This document shows, piece after piece, positions 48,261 to 49,463 of a stretch of 49,463 nucleotides of DNA (within the stretch, counting starts at the first letter, position 1; each line of letters opens with the position of its first letter). This stretch comes from a virus (Duplodnaviria > Caudoviricetes), in IMG/VR virus record IMGVR_UViG_3300012943_000012, positions 1 to 49,463 of that record. One strand, 5' to 3'. Under the pieces are notes generated by a model. It did no database searches. It was not told the origin of the DNA and was given only the letters and a program-made list of their open reading frames with translations. Position numbers and translations under genes: made by a program.

Positions 48261-48832
48261 TGTACGGGAATGATTTCGCCTACGCTCAGTCAAGAATCCA
48301 AGGGACTATCCTGAGGGTTAAGAAGACTGGAGAGCCGGTTTATGTGTACATTGTTAACGGTGGTGGTCAGTGTTCTGTAACCCCCATTGAGAGAGATTGG
48401 GGCGGTGAAGCCACTGTGACTATGCATGTAGATGACCTTGATATGCATCCGGTGCCACTTGGGTATGTTAACTCAGCTGGCGAAGCCACTTATCTTATGC
48501 GTGTTCCCATGCGCAGGGATTGGAAACAGGGGCTACGTCAGGAAAACTGTTGGTCTTCTGGGCGTCGTCTTAATAGTATCCCCATGAAGGATCTTAAGAA
48601 CTGTATCATTGGACGTTTCCCATCCTTTGAGACGGCTCTTAAGGATGTTGTAAAATCTGGTGAAAAGGCTAAGAACAAGATCATTGCTTGGCATCGTCAC
48701 TGGGCTGTATCCACTGATGGTCGTGTGTTCTATAAGAACCATGAACAGGTTGGTACCATTTTAGATGGTCATGTTGATTTGTTCCCTTCACACAAATATC
48801 TGGCTGAGGTGCTTGAGGAGAGTTTTAAATGA
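48260..48832 (+). CDS. Hypothetical protein of the ligase cluster
   Basis: LGYVN...R.P.R..WKQGL motif; overlaps both neighbours. Confidence 0.8.
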   Translation: MYGNDFAYAQSRIQGTILRVKKTGEPVYVYIVNGGGQCSVTPIERDWGGEATVTMHVDDLDMHPVPLGYVNSAGEATYLMRVPMRRDWKQGLRQENCWSSGRRLNSIPMKDLKNCIIGRFPSFETALKDVVKSGEKAKNKIIAWHRHWAVSTDGRVFYKNHEQVGTILDGHVDLFPSHKYLAEVLEESFK

Positions 48833-49463
48833 CAACAGTGTTTAAGGAGATGGGCATCCGTATAGCTGAGAAGGGTGACATTGGCCTTGAAATTGAGGTG
48901 GAAGGTGTTAACCTCCCTCGTCTTGGTAAATGGTGGAGAAATGAACAGGATGGCTCCCTTAAAGGTCCGGAGAATGCTGAGTATGTTCTTCAGAAGCCCG
49001 GCTCACTTGAAGATATTAGAGCAGCACTTAATCATTTGGATTCTGTATATAATCAGAGTTCCACTGTTGTGCATGATACTGTTCGTGCTGGTGTGCATGT
49101 TCACATCAATTGTCAAAACCTAACTATGACCGAACTGTACAACTTTGTCACCCTATATCTCTGTCTTGAGAATATTCTGGTAAAGTGGTGTGGTGAGTAC
49201 AGGGAAGGTAATCTATTCTGTCTTCGAGCTTGTGATGCTGAATGGATGCTATCTGTCCTTAAGCTGGCAGCCTCAGATAAGAAGAGACAGTTTAAGAACC
49301 GTTTGCATAGGGATGAACTACGCTATGCAAGTATGAACCTTAAGGCTCTTGGTGATTATGGTAGCCTTGAGTTCCGTTCTATGCGTGGTACACGTGACCT
49401 CAATTTGATCTACACTTGGGCTGAGACCTTGTATGGTCTCCGAGAGTATGCCAAGACGTTTGA
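48829..49463 (+). CDS. Amidoligase, 5' part (continues across the junction to 376)
   Basis: GAGGAG RBS; GLEIEVE, DGSL, E, GVHVH, RY..MN and GSLEFR motifs; missed by the ORF track because it runs off the end. Confidence 0.88.
   Translation, partial: MTTVFKEMGIRIAEKGDIGLEIEVEGVNLPRLGKWWRNEQDGSLKGPENAEYVLQKPGSLEDIRAALNHLDSVYNQSSTVVHDTVRAGVHVHINCQNLTMTELYNFVTLYLCLENILVKWCGEYREGNLFCLRACDAEWMLSVLKLAASDKKRQFKNRLHRDELRYASMNLKALGDYGSLEFRSMRGTRDLNLIYTWAETLYGLREYAKTF

Noticed and set aside
49341-49463. Terminal 123-bp repeat as a biological direct terminal repeat
   Set aside because: It falls in the middle of the amidoligase gene, which fits an assembler overlap.

Overview
The window is a complete, circularly permuted lytic podovirus genome of about 49,340 bp; bases 1-123 are repeated at 49341-49463 as an assembly overlap. 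It has no RNA polymerase or integrase but encodes its own ECF-like sigma factor. Gene content and order resemble the PA11/CW02/CVT22-type (Zobellviridae-like) phages; this is recalled similarity, not a search result. The + strand arm starts near 38.0 kb and wraps through the junction to 14.7 kb. It carries small early genes, 2 tRNAs, a peptide-ligase cluster (GGCT, two glutamine amidotransferases, two COOH-NH2/amidoligases, ATP-grasp, 2OG-Fe(II) oxygenase), then primase-helicase, sigma, PolA, SSB, nucleases, ThyX and NrdBA. The - strand arm (36.8 to 14.8 kb) carries tailspike, terminases, portal, capsid, tail tube, ejection proteins and lysis genes. The least explained part is non-coding: at least five densely base-paired elements in the early region. 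They include a ~540-nt hairpin-packed leader and a ~220-nt tRNA-shaped RNA with a large pseudoknotted insert in place of the anticodon loop. A six-copy intergenic motif, CAATG-N11-AATTTC-N4-AAA, sits at promoter-like distance upstream of two of these elements and of several genes. All structures were paired by eye and all protein calls rest on motifs and synteny.
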